From contig NC_042998.1 of NCBI RefSeq assembly GCF_006345805.1, positions 197,842,001 to 197,906,000 of the forward strand: 64,000 nt of DNA. The letters are read 5' to 3'. Positions 1 to 11,289 of this stretch are shown piece after piece. This DNA is from Octopus sinensis. Taxonomy: Eukaryota. Position numbers and translations under genes: made by a program. Within the stretch, counting starts at the first letter, position 1. Every line of letters starts with the position of its first letter. The notes under the pieces are model-generated. The model searched no databases. It was not told where the DNA came from and was given only the letters and a program-made list of their open reading frames with translations.

Positions 1-12
1 TAGACTTAATCG

Positions 13-291
13 TCAATAACCATATAATTTATCACTATAAGCACGCGTCTCGTAATTACTTCTGCGATGAAGCAGCGATGAGGGTGAACGGGCGGCAGCC
101 GCAGTATCCAACAGTCGATGGCTCGAACGTTGCTCTTCACTTTGTGTTGATCGCGAACGTGTTGTCGTTGCAGCGGTCCGTGTACGGCGGGGAGGACGCT
201 GCCCTTGCGTTTCAGAAGCTCGCTTTAATCTCTTACGCTTAGCTTGGGAAGTCGCTCGACTAATGTCAGACCTTCTTCGACCTGGCATCAT
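13..291 (-). pseudogene. Helitron Rep/helicase-like N-terminal ORF fragment
   Basis: ORF MMPGRRRSDISRATSQAKRKRLKRASETQ...QSEEQRSSHRL resembles the basic MPRxRRSxxSR...ETxEQRxxRL N-termini typical of animal Helitron proteins; stops after 92 aa; no Rep or helicase motif in the window. Confidence 0.4.
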
Positions 292-679
292 CTAGAAACT
301 TGTTTAATTTCGTAAAAATAAAAAGCAGTTGATGGGAGCAAAAAAAAAAACAGTGATTCAACACCGAGCAGCTAAAGGTAACGTATAGGGATTAAGGAGG
401 ATTAAAGCAAAGTAGATACAAATATCAAAACAGACAACAGCTAATACAATGAGTCGTGCAAAAGTAAGGACAGCTATATGGCAAGAGGGCGCAGTAGTTG
501 AGGTAACTGGCAAAAAACCTAACTAAAGGGGAAGCTCTAAGTAGGATGTCTGTGGGGGAGATTTTTGATAAATTTTATAGGGAGAACAGAGTAACTTAAA
601 GAGACACTAAGGTTATATGGAGGACGTGGGTAGCAATAACGAAAAACAACAGAAACGAATACAAACAGCAAGTGGTGGA

Positions 680-1065
680 TGGAAGCACTCCGTCGGTTAC
701 GACGACGAGGGTTCCGGTTGATCCGAATCAACGGAACAGCCTGCTCGTGAAATTAACGTGTAAGTGGCTGAGCACTCCACAGACACATGTACTCTTAACG
801 TAGTTCTCGGGGATATTCAGTGTGACACAGAGAGTGACAAGGCCGGCCCCTTGAAATACAGGTACAACAGAAACAGGAAGTAAGAGTGAGAGAAAGTTGT
901 GGTGAAAGAGTACAGCAGAGATCACCACCATCCCCTGCCGGAGCCTCGTGGAGCTTTTAGGTGTTTTCGCTCAATAAACACTCACAACGCCCGGTCTGGG
1001 AATCGAAACCGCGATCCTATGACCGCGAGTCCGCTGCCCTAACCACTGGGCCATTGCGCCTCCAC
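680..1065 (-). mobile_element. SINE family A (tRNA-derived), full length
   Basis: Read on minus: GTGGAGGCGCAATGGCCCAGTGG (A box)...GGTTTCGATTCC (B box)...CCGACGGAGTGCTTCCA; near-identical to copies at 7508, 14852, 18622, 37148, 55262. Confidence 0.9.
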
Positions 1066-1421
1066 GAGTGGTAACAAGTGGTACAACGTCACTAAAGCCA
1101 GGTGAAACTGGGTAACGGTAATGATAAGCAAAGGTTCAACAGTCGAATAATCTGTTGTACACAAAAAGCAAACCGAAACGTAAGTAAGGGAGTAGTGAGG
1201 TAGAACGCAACACGGATGTCCGAAGCGTAAGTGAAGCATTCGTATGAAAATGTTTAAGTAATGGGACCGTGAGTCAAAAGAGTATGTGCTATTGGCTAAA
1301 TACCAGCCAATAAGAAGAGCAAAACTGTTCAAGTGAACGTGAAACAGGTGAGTCATGCGGTGGGAGTGGTTGTAGGTAATTCTGGGAACAATTGGTGAGA
1401 AGTGTGGTAATCTGGGATAAT

Positions 1422-2022
1422 CTGTTTCTTTACTACCCACAAGGGGCTAAACACAGCGGGGACAAACAAGGACAGACAAACGGATTAAGTCGATTACATC
1501 GACCCCAGTGCGTAACTGGTACTTAATTTATCGACCCGAAAGGATGAAAGGCAAAGTCGACCTCGGAGGAATTTGAACTCAGAACGTAACGGCAGACGAA
1601 ATACCTATTTCTTTACTACCCACAAGGGGCTAAACACAGAGGGGACAAACAAAGACAGACAAAAGGATTAAGTCAATTATATCGACCCAAGTGCGTAACT
1701 GGTACTTATTTAATCGACCCCGAAAGGATGAAAGGCAAAGTCGACCTCGGCGGAATTTGAACTCAGAACGTAACGGCAGACGGACTATCTATTTCTTTAC
1801 TACCCACAAGGTGCTAAACATAGAGGGGACAAACAAGGACAGACAGAGGAATTAAGTCAATTGCATCGACCCCAGTGCTTAACTGGTACATAATTTATCG
1901 AACCCGAAAGGATGAAAGGCAAAGTCGACCACGGCGGAATTTGAACTCAGAACGTAGCAGCAGACGAAATACCGCTAAGCATTTCGCCCGGCGTGCTAAC
2001 GGTTCTGCCAGCTCGCCGCCTT
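1422..2022 (-). mobile_element. SINE family B with one head and three tandem ~180-bp bodies
   Basis: Head GGCGGCGAGCTGGCAGAA...GAGTTCAAATTCC once, then body ...GTCGACTTTGCCTTTCATCC...AAAGAAATAG three times; near-identical flanks GGTAATCTG(G/T)GATAATC on both sides. Confidence 0.85.
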
Positions 2023-2498
2023 AGGTGAGGTAATCTGTGATAATCACTGACAGGAAGTACGCGCTGGTGCAAAATGGCACCTAACACGTAAACGCCGACA
2101 GTGACAATATTTTTTTTTTGTTTTGTGGGAAGAGGGGGTCAGAGTCGATTGTAAAGTGCAGGAGGGAGAAATTATGTGATTTGTAATAATCACTGTTAAG
2201 GAATATGCTTCGGTGTCACCTGACGCTAAGTGAGGGGAGGAGCCCCGAGTCTACTGCCTCAAGTAGTGTGAATCGGGAGGCGGCGGCGGTGTGGTTCGCA
2301 CAGTGTCACCAATGCAGCGCGGTGCTAATTGATGGGTGGAAGAATAAGGAGTGTCAAAACTGTAGTGAGTTGAAAGCCTTCTCGAAGACTTGATTAATGC
2401 AAATTTGAAGTTGATGAAAGAAAGCTCTTCGGACATTCCACCAGAGGGTGGTGTGGCGAGTCTTAAATTGTTTGATTGCTAACGTCGTTAACACACGT

Positions 2499-2646
2499 AT
2501 ATACGACGGGCTTCTTTTCAGTTTCCGTCTACCAAATCCACTCACAGGGCTTTGGTCGGCCCGAGGCTATAGTATAAGACACTTGTCCAAGGTGCCACAC
2601 AGTGGGACTGAACCCGGAACCATGTGGTTGGCAAACAAGCTACTTA
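2499..2646 (-). mobile_element. SINE family C head fragment between 131-bp direct repeats
   Basis: CGACGGGCTTCTTTTCAGTTTCCGTCTACC...AAGCTACTTA matches the family C head; flanked by 2368-2498 and 2646-2776 repeats. Confidence 0.85.
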
Positions 2647-2876
2647 GTTGAAAGCCTTCTCGAAGACTTGATTAATGCAAATTTGAAGTTGATGAAAGAA
2701 AACTCTTCGGACATTCCACGAAAGGGTGGTATGGCGAGTCTTAAATTGTTTGATTGCTAACGACGTTAACACGCGTTGCCGTCTGACAAGATCAGTGAAC
2801 ACATCCGACCGTTTTCAAGGCAAACATATTTGATTGTTGCAGAAGCAACTGCTGTTTTTTTTTTTTTTGGTAAACA

Positions 2877-3722
2877 GCAGGAGTGGCTGTGTGGTAAGTA
2901 GCTTGTTTACCAACCACGTGGTTCCAGGTTCAGTCCCACTGCGTGGCACCATGGGCAAGTGTCTTCTACTATAGCCTCGGGCCGACCAAAGCCTTGTGAG
3001 TGGATTTGGTAGACGGAAACTGAAAGAAGCCCGTCGTATATATGTATATATATATATATATATATATACTAGCAGTATCGCCCGGCGTTGCTCGGATTTG
3101 TAAGGGAAATAACTATATAAGCATTTTTAGAGAGTTACTTCCCTTATAAATTCGGGCTTTCTTAGCCATTTCTGTTTTGGTGTCTTCAAGCCATGAAGTC
3201 GTTGTTCTAAAAGAACGCTGGTTTCCTTCACAACGCATTACGACGTTGATTTCTTTACACTCCCTTCCCCACAGCTTCACAAGGGAGGGAAGGGGGAGAA
3301 GCAAACAGGTGCAGCTGTGAGCGTGGACGCCAACTCCGCCGCCATCGACATACGATGCATTTTATGCATTAAAATGGAATAAAAAATGATGTTAAATTAT
3401 TTTTAAAATCGTAGACTCATCGTTGACGCGCGCTAATAGTCAGACGAGCTCGATATGAATCACGACTATAAGATACCCGAATTTGGTTAAACTGCACCGC
3501 AAAATGTGGGAGGAGTTAGGAATCTAAATCGAAGGGGACAGACACTCACACAACTAGAGTTTTATATATATAGATATATAACAATATAGGATGAAGTCCC
3601 TTTCTCTACAGAAAAGGAATCCATCAGGAAGCGTGGGCAGTATATTTAAAAAACCGTTACGGTTGAAGGTGGATAAATCAGTGTATTGGCTTTAGAATAA
3701 CCCTCTTTAGCCCTTAATTATA

Positions 3723-3759
<37 letters not shown>

Positions 3760-3980
3760 TGTGTGTGTTTGTGTGAGTGTGTTTGTACCCCTAGCATTGC
3801 TTGACAACCGATGCTGGTGTGTTTATGTCCCCGTTACCTAGCGGTTCGGCAAAAGAGACCGATAGAATAAGTACTGGGCTTACAAAATAAGAATAAGTCC
3901 CGGGGTCGAGTTGCTCGACTAAAAGCGGTGCTCCAGCATGGCCACAGTCACATGACTGAAACAAGTAAAAGAGTAAAAGA
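2877..3980 (+). mobile_element. SINE family C (head-(TA)n(TG)n-tail), interrupted by a Helitron and extra sequence
   Basis: Head GCAGGAGTGGCTGTGTGGTAAG...GGTTCAGTCCC...GGGCAAGTGTCTT (CORE-like) to 3037; tail CCCCTAGCATTGCTTGACAACC...GAAACAAGTAAAAGAG at about 3765-3980. Confidence 0.85.
3069..3574 (-). mobile_element. Non-autonomous Helitron (family F)
   Basis: Minus strand begins A|TC(TATATAT) and ends with subterminal hairpin CCGAGCAACGCCGG and CTAG|T. Confidence 0.85.
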
Positions 3981-4496
3981 CTGAAAGAGCATATTATGGC
4001 GAACCAACACGGGCAACACTGGGTGTACCTGCTAGGGACTGAGCTGGATCAGCTCTCGTCTTTTATCTAGTCGTGTAGATCCGATCATATGTAAATGGAA
4101 AAATCAATTATATCTTTATATTGATAGTCTGCAGCAAAAAAAAAAAGTCGTGGTCGCTAGAGAGAATCACAGTTACCCCCGCTGTTTACCCGCGCTTTGC
4201 TTCTCGTTCGAGTTTTTTCAGAACTTCAGAAGGTACGTTCAGCTGGATCAAAATAAACTTTTGATGTTTTCATGTAAAGATCACCTGCAAAAGAAAAGTT
4301 AATCAATAAAAGCCACAATTATCCGGTATTGCATCATCAATTTTGGAGAAATTCTCTAAGAATACAAGAAGTTAGTGAGCGCAAATTGTCCAGGAAGGTT
4401 TTTATGGACGTCTCTGTCCTAATGACTCACAAAACTACAAGACAAACCCGGTCGTATGCATCATTGTGGGGGTAAAATAGGTAAAATTTCCTTCTC

Positions 4497-5148
4497 GACT
4501 CATAAGGGCCGGTTTCCAGGTCTCCATGGTATATATACTCTTTAACTCTCTCTTTTACTTGTTTCAGTCATATGACTGCGGCCATGCTGGAGCACCGCCT
4601 TTAATCGAGCAACTCGACCCCGGGACTTATTCTGTGTAAGCCCAGTAAGTAACGGGGACATAAACACACCAGCATCGGTTGTCAAGCAATGCTAGGGGGA
4701 CAAATACAGACACACAAACACACACGCATATATATATATATACATATATACGACGGGCTTCTTTTCAGTTTCCGTCTACCAAATCCACTCACAATGCTTT
4801 GGTCGGCCCGAGGCTATAGTAGAAGACACTTGTCCAAGGTGCCACGCAGTGGGACTGAACCCGGAACCATGTGGTTGGTAAACAAGCTACTTACCACACA
4901 GCCACACCTGCGCCTATATATATATATACATACATACATATATATATACATATATATATATATTCCCCACCCCCTGGACGGGATGTCGGTCCGTCGCAGG
5001 ATTTCTCATTTTTGCCAGCTGAGGGGACTGGAACAACGTGAAAATGAAGTGTTTTGCTCAAGAACACAACACGTCGCCCGGTCCAGAAATCGAAATCACA
5101 ATCTTACGATCACGAATCCAACACCTTAACCATTAAGCCACGCGCCTC
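4497..5148 (-). mobile_element. SINE family E, split by a nested family C copy
   Basis: Head GAGGCGCGTGGCTTAATGGTTAAGG...TTCGATTTC and CORE-like TTCTTGAGCAAAACACTT at 4960-5148; 3' remnant CATAAGGGCCGGTTTCC at about 4500; homologous to 16205 and 26825 copies. Confidence 0.75.
4550..4914 (-). mobile_element. SINE family C
   Basis: Head, internal (TA)/(TG) microsatellite and tail all present. Confidence 0.85.
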
Positions 5149-5352
5149 TATTATGAGGAATGATAAGTCAATCAGAAACTGGTGGGATTGAGTAGAAATC
5201 CCTGGCTGTAAGAACCGTTTTACGGACTTCTACTCAGAAAATATAAGGCGGAAAAAGGAGGGTATCGTAAAAACAGCAACATTAACTGTAACACGCTCAT
5301 CACAGATGAAATCATAGAAACACTCAGCAGTGGTTATTGCTGAAATTGTAAG

Positions 5353-5353
<1 letters not shown>

Positions 5354-5410
<57 letters not shown>
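5354..5410. repeat. (CA)n microsatellite
   Basis: Perfect CA run. Confidence 0.95.
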
Positions 5411-5414
<4 letters not shown>

Positions 5415-6071
5415 ACCCAGACACATGCGCACAAACAAACAAAAAGGAACGCAGTGTAAATAACGGACAGAGTCAAGAAAAGGTTGCGAGACGCAACGAA
5501 AATTTTAGCAAAATAAAAATAAGAAATAAGTGGAAATTTTACCGGTGTGTGTGTGTTAAATAATAAGCCACAAAAAGAAAATGACCCTCCCCAGACACAA
5601 CATTGTAAAAATACTGAAATCTTTAAAACATCAGACACCCGCATAGAGACATATGGAGTTGTCCCCCTTGCATCAGAAGCTACACAAGTTTCCATCTTAA
5701 TATTTTCTAAAACACAAGTCACTTGGTGGCCTGTTGCAATACACTCTGTGACTACGGCGGGTGATAGATCACTCAGTTGATCATAAGTCCGAAAAACAAG
5801 AGAGCACACTGAATTTTTTTGTTTCTTTGAGCAGTAATATTTAAAATAGTCGTAGACTAGGTCGGTCAGAAATTTACATTGATTTCACGTCCGTTGTTGT
5901 TGTTATCAACACAGGCAACTCAATAAACCTACTGGCTGGAGGCACATAACCTCTTTACCAGTGTAGGTAAGAATACTGTCTTGGTCAGCATGGTTGTGAA
6001 AAAAAAAACAAAAACAAAAACTAAACTCTGAAATATATATTTATTTTACTCTGTCTCTCAATAATTAAATA

Positions 6072-7073
6072 GGCGCAGGAATGGCTGTGTAGTAAGTAGC
6101 TTGCTAACCAACCACATGGTTCCGGGTTCAGTCCCACTAGATGGCATCTTGGGCAAGTGTCTTCTACTAAAGCCTCGGGCCGACCAAAGCCTTGTGAGTG
6201 AATTTGGTAGACGGAAACTGAAAGAAGCCTGTCGTATATATCTATATATATATATAAAAGTGAAGTTGTGTGAGTGTCTGTCTCCTACGATTTAGATTCC
6301 TAACTACTCCCACATTTTGCGGTGCAGTTTAACCAAAAGCGGGTATCTTATAGTCGTGATTCATATCGAGCCCTTCTGGGTATTAGCGCGCGTCTACGAT
6401 GAGTCTACGATTTTAAAAATAATTCACCATAACTTCTTTCCATTTTAAAGCATATTTTTTTGGGGTTCTTCCAATTTTTTCGTGTGTCGATGGCGGCGGA
6501 GTTGGCGTCCATGGTCACACCTGCACCTATGTTGCTTCTCCCCCTTCTTCCCTCCCTCGTGAAGCTGTGGGGAAGGCAGGGTAAGGAAATCAACGTCGTA
6601 AGCGTTGTCAAGGAGACCCGCCTTCTTTTAGAACGACGACTTCATGGCTTTGAAGTCGCCAAAACAGAAATGGCTAAGAAAGCCGAAAGCAAATTCTACA
6701 AAATGGGGAAACACGCCACACAGGGAAGGTTTCCCGTGCAAACAATTTGCACAACCGAATGTTTTAGTTGTTGCACAAATCTTTATATATAAAAGTGAAG
6801 TTGTGTGTCTGTCTCCTACGATTTAGATCCCTAACTACTCCCACATTTTGCGGTGCAGTTTAACCAAAACCGGGTATCTTATAGTCGTGATTCATATCGA
6901 GCTCTTCTGGGTATTAGCGCGCGTCTACGATGAGTCTACGATTTAAATAAAAATTACCATCATTTTTCCATTTTAATGCATTTTTTCGCTATTATATAAG
7001 GGAAGTAACTCTCTAAAAATGCTTATATAGTTATTTCCCTTACAAACCCGAGCAACGCCGGGCGATACTGCTA

Positions 7074-7125
<52 letters not shown>

Positions 7126-7340
7126 ATATATGTTTGTGTCTGTGTTTGTCCCTCTAGCATTGCTTGACAACCGATGCCGGTGTGTTTACGTCCCCGTTAC
7201 TTAGCGGTTCGGCAAAAGTGACCGATACAATAAGTACTGGGCTTACAAAAGAATAAGTCCCGGGGTCGATTTGCTCGACTAAAGGCGGTGCTCCAGCATG
7301 GCCGCAGTCAAATGACTGAAACAAGTAAAAGAGTAAAAGA
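6072..7340 (+). mobile_element. SINE family C interrupted by a composite Helitron
   Basis: Head 6072-6235 and tail about 7125-7340; insertion sits in the internal (TA)n. Confidence 0.85.
6241..7074 (+). mobile_element. Composite non-autonomous Helitron F (long 5' part plus complete short copy)
   Basis: 5' TC...AAAAGTGAAGTTGTGTG at 6241 and again at 6780; single 3' end CCCGAGCAACGCCGGGCGATACTGCTAG at 7074. Confidence 0.85.
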
Positions 7341-7507
7341 GAGAGAGAGAGAGAGAAAGAGTTATATGTTTATATCAAGCCTCTGCTTATGTATAACTGT
7401 TAAGACTGTAGCTAAACATTTCTTAATGTTAGACATGTTCAGTTTAAGTAAATGAATATATTCTAGAAACAGACAGGGTTGTTGGATATATCAGTAATGA
7501 ACACTCG

Positions 7508-7889
7508 GTGGAGGCGCAATGGCCCAGTGGTTAGGGCAGCGAACTCGCGGTCATAGGATCGCGGTTTCGATTCCCAAACCGGGCGTTGTGAGTGTTTATT
7601 GAGCGAAAACACCTAAAAGCTCCACGAGCTCCGGCAGGGGATTGTGGTGATCCCTGCTGTACTCTTTCACCACAACTTTCTCTCACTCTTACTTCCTGTT
7701 TCTGTTGTACCTGTATTTCAAGGGGCCGGCCTTGTCACTCCCTGTGCCACGCTGAATATCCCCGAGAACTACGTTAAGGGTGCACGTGTCTATGGAGTGC
7801 TCAGCCACTTACACGTTAATTCCACGAGCAGGCTGTTCCGTTGATTCGGATCAACCGGAACGCTCGTCGTAACCGACGGAGTGCTTCCA
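7508..7889 (+). mobile_element. SINE family A with 12-bp TSD
   Basis: Full copy; AATGAACACTCG at 7496-7507 and 7890-7901. Confidence 0.95.
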
Positions 7890-8290
7890 AATGAACACTC
7901 GATATATTCTATTCAAATGTCTCCGTACTATACTCAACTGCTTGCAATTATATTTAAAAAGAGACCGTCAATAATTTATCTGCTAAGAGACGGGCGATAA
8001 TTTAAATGTTACGTCCCTTGAATGAGTTGACAGAAGTTACTTCCCTTGTAACTGAACTCTGTGATTGCATCTTTTCTCAAGATGCGATCTATTTATCGTT
8101 CGCCTTCCCTTGTCTGAATCACAAAAGGTCTTGAGGATGTCATCTTCAGTCACAGAATGAAAAGAAGCAGAATGGAAGTAGATGATTTTTTTCAATCACC
8201 CACTTTATCTGCTTTTTTTTAACTGGCACGGATTCACGCATGTGCGCGCACACTCACGTGGACACAGTTTAAGAAAAGAGTACGCATGCA

Positions 8291-8326
<36 letters not shown>

Positions 8327-8469
8327 GTGCGTGTGCGTGCGTGTGTATGTATGTATATAAAGTATATCTACATATATAATAATATAAATAATACACGTAT
8401 ATGTTTTATATATATATTTATATATATATATATATATATATGCATATGTATATATATATATATATTTTT

Positions 8470-8583
8470 TTTTCTTTACTACCCTCAAGCGGCTAAACAC
8501 AGAGGGGACAAACAAGGACAGACAGACGGATTAAGAAGATTATATCGCCCCCAGTGCGTAACTGGTACTTAATTAATCGACCC
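8470..8583 (-). mobile_element. SINE family B 3' fragment
   Basis: TTTCTTTACTACCC...GGGGACAAACAAGG...ATCGACCC. Confidence 0.8.
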
Positions 8584-8759
8584 ATATATAAACGTATCAG
8601 ATGCTCATGTGAATATTTCAAAGAAATATTCACATATATATATTTTTTTGCTTACTAGGTTTCCCATGGCGTACAAATGACTGAGATTGCAACACTCCCT
8701 GTTGAGATATCGGTCCATTGGATGGTCTATAGCCGACAATTTTTGAAATGAGAAGACAA

Positions 8760-8925
8760 GTCAGTTACATCGAGCCCTGTACCTGACTGGTTCTTTATTT
8801 TATCAATCCCGAAGGAATGAAAGGCAAAGTTGATGTCGGTGGGATTTGAACTCAGAATGAAAGAGCCGAAAGAAATGCTTCCAGACATTTTATCTGCTAT
8901 GCTAACGATTCAACCAGCTCTCAAC
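8760..8925 (-). mobile_element. Old diverged SINE B-related copy
   Basis: GGAATGAAAGGCAAAGTTGA...GATTTGAACTCAGAA...GCTAACGATTC. Confidence 0.6.
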
Positions 8926-9087
8926 CTTTATGCAGTATAAAAGGTGTATATAAGTGCTATGATCCTGTTCATAGGATCCTAGTCAGACCAGTTAGAATAA
9001 ATAAACTCAATGTGGGTAAAAATAAATATACTTTATTAAAAGAAATGTGTTTAACAAAATTGATTTCCTTTCGTCCGAAGCTAGCAG

Positions 9088-9509
9088 ACGAGGTCGACTT
9101 TGCCTTTCATCCTTTCGGGGTCGATAAATTAAGTACCAGTTGCGCACTGAGGTCGATGTAATCGACTTAATCCGTTTGTCTGTCCTTGTTTGTCCCCTCT
9201 ATGTTTAGCCCCTTGTGGGTAATAAAGTAACAGATAAGTTGAGAGGAAGAAAGAGAAGCTGTCATTTATAAGGCGGCGAGCTGGCAGAAACGTTAGCACG
9301 CCGGGCAAAATGCGTAGCCGTATTTCGTCTGCCGTTACGTCCTGAGTTCAAATTCCGCCGAGGTTGACTTTGCCTTTTATCCTTTCGAGGTCGATTAAAT
9401 AAGTACCAGTTACGCACTGGGGTCGATGTAATCGACTTAATCAGTTTGTCTGTCCTTGTTTGTCCCCTCTGTGTTTAGCCCCTTGTGGGCAATAAAGAAA
9501 TAGGTATTC
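9088..9509 (+). mobile_element. SINE family B: partial body (9088-9230) and full copy (9271-9509)
   Basis: GAGGTCGACTTTGCC body, then GGCGGCGAGCTGGCAGAAACG...AAAGAAATAGGTATT. Confidence 0.85.
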
Positions 9510-10242
9510 TTGTAGTCTGTAGGGGGTTGGGGATTAAAGAATAGCGAGGTTTAATGCCTTATAAAGAGAGAAAAATAGATAAACATATAGACCAGGGATC
9601 ATCAAACCTTTTTCACAGCGGAACAGATAACTGAGAGAATGGCAAGCGCGAGTCGCATAACCATTTTGTTCAATCCAACACAGTGAATACATAAACCAAT
9701 GAAAAAAGTAAGGCATTGGAGTGGCGATGCATACCCTGCGCGTAGATAATTTCTTTCACAAATTATAGTGTGGCTTACAATGCGTTGCTGACCCATGATT
9801 TTTAATTGAATTGAATTAAGTTTTGTAACTGTTTGAATAAAAGAGGATTAGAAGCCAAAGTAGATGACAGCTAAAAGTAAACTTGATCGGTGTCTACGCT
9901 AGATGCATATAAATAAAATTTGCAAATGGCTAAATAAATGATTATTCAAATAATAATCATGATTATGAAAAAGAAAGAGAACAAAATGAAATACTTATAG
10001 AAAATATTGCATAAAATTTGAGAAGTGTTTTCAACGTCTTTCAATGATGACAGGTGAATCATTGGATATAAATAATATGACCGCTTGCTTATCGGGAAAT
10101 TTGTAAGCTCGATTAAAAAGGAAAAAGAAAAAATTAATTTCTTTTTTAAGTATTACCATTATAGGTATTTATACTCTGGTGAAATTAAGAAATCAACTCA
10201 TAGATAATCGAAACCCTCGAATCCATCACTGTACACACACAC

Positions 10243-10283
<41 letters not shown>

Positions 10284-10306
10284 ACCACACACATACACAC
10301 ACACAC

Positions 10307-10359
<53 letters not shown>

Positions 10360-10388
10360 CATACATACACACACACACACATATATAT

Positions 10389-10450
<62 letters not shown>

Positions 10451-10451
<1 letters not shown>

Positions 10452-10845
10452 AGTAGTTGAATGAATTATCCTAGTATGGATAATTCGGTTAACCGATACC
10501 TGGGTAGCAAATTCATGTCAGAAAAACACGGTTGAAGCTACATGCCAAGGGCAGAGATCACGTGCTTTCGTGTGGAAATTTGTGTGTTTTTTTTAATACA
10601 AATAAATGAAAGAATGGAGTTGAACGACGAATTAACAAAATTCCTTTATTCTCGACATATGTTTCGAAGACTGCATATTCCTAATTTCGAAGGAATAAGG
10701 AGTGCATTATGCCGCCTTCTCATCAGGAAAAACAAGGAACTAAAGTCAGCATCATGATGAACGAAAACTTTTAGACTGCCCACACGTTTGATAAGGGCAG
10801 AAAATTTTGTGGCGTCTGTAATTCGTTCAACTCCATTCTTTCATA
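10451..10845 (-). mobile_element. Non-coding hammerhead-bearing element between (TA)n tracts (Penelope-like/retrozyme type)
   Basis: Contains hammerhead 10641-10739; inverted repeat ATGAAAGAATGGAGTTGAACG (10607) / CGTTCAACTCCATTCTTTCAT (10824); terminal hairpin GAATTATCC-TAGTAT-GGATAATTC; motifs shared with 33722-33950 and 61141-61270. Confidence 0.7.
10641..10739 (-). ncRNA. Type I hammerhead ribozyme motif
   Basis: Minus: UUCCUUGUUUUUC-CUGAUGA-GAAGGC...GUCUUC-GAAA-CAUAUG-UC-GAGAAUAAAGGAA; core, palindromic stem III ACAUAUGU, GUC site (C at 10654), extended stem I with 2x2 loop. Confidence 0.8.
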
Positions 10846-10853
10846 TATATATA

Positions 10854-10899
<46 letters not shown>

Positions 10900-10907
<8 letters not shown>

Positions 10908-11168
10908 TGTGTACTGTTCCGTGGTGCTGTGAACATACCAAAACGATGCATACCCTGCGTGCACATAAATTCTTTCAAAAGTCTGCACAGTCAAAACATT
11001 TTGATTCACTCTCCGCCTGTTTTAAAGATAATCAAGTCAAATTTTCATCACATTGAATATTTCCGCCAAATTTATTTGAAACCTGTTCAGCCGTTTTCCT
11101 GCAATTTTGCAAACACACAGACGAGTAATTACAATACCCTGCTTTCGCTTCCGCGCGCAGGGTAATAA
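10900..11168 (-). mobile_element. Helentron/Helitron-type non-autonomous element 5' part
   Basis: Minus begins TTATTACCCTGCGCGCGGAAGCGAAAGCAGGGTA (hairpin) followed by GAAAACGGCTGAACAGGTTTCAAATAAATTTGG, a motif typical of rolling-circle MITE-like elements. Confidence 0.45.
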
Positions 11169-11289
11169 AGACAACCAACATATGTATTTACCAAAAAGTT
11201 GTCAAAGAAGGCGGCGTTAGCAATACGGTAGTTATATCATATCCAGTGCACACATATCCGAATCTCACAAACTAAACAGTAAAAAAGGT

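Noticed and set aside
728-931. Recurrent ORF MVVIxAVLFHHNFLSLLLPVSVV... (also 7644, 14899, 18755, 37165, 55396)
   Set aside because: Incidental frame inside SINE A; recurrence reflects copy identity
1422-2022. Tandem ~180-bp units as a CRISPR-like array
   Set aside because: No unique spacers, no cas genes, eukaryotic SINE sequence
4225-4284. Possible small minus-strand exon (acceptor TTTCTTTTGCAG, DLYMKTSKVYFDPAERTF*)
   Set aside because: No recognisable homology, weak donor, no neighbouring exons
7508-7585. SINE heads as tRNA genes
   Set aside because: A and B boxes present but no acceptor stem or cloverleaf; continuous with SINE bodies
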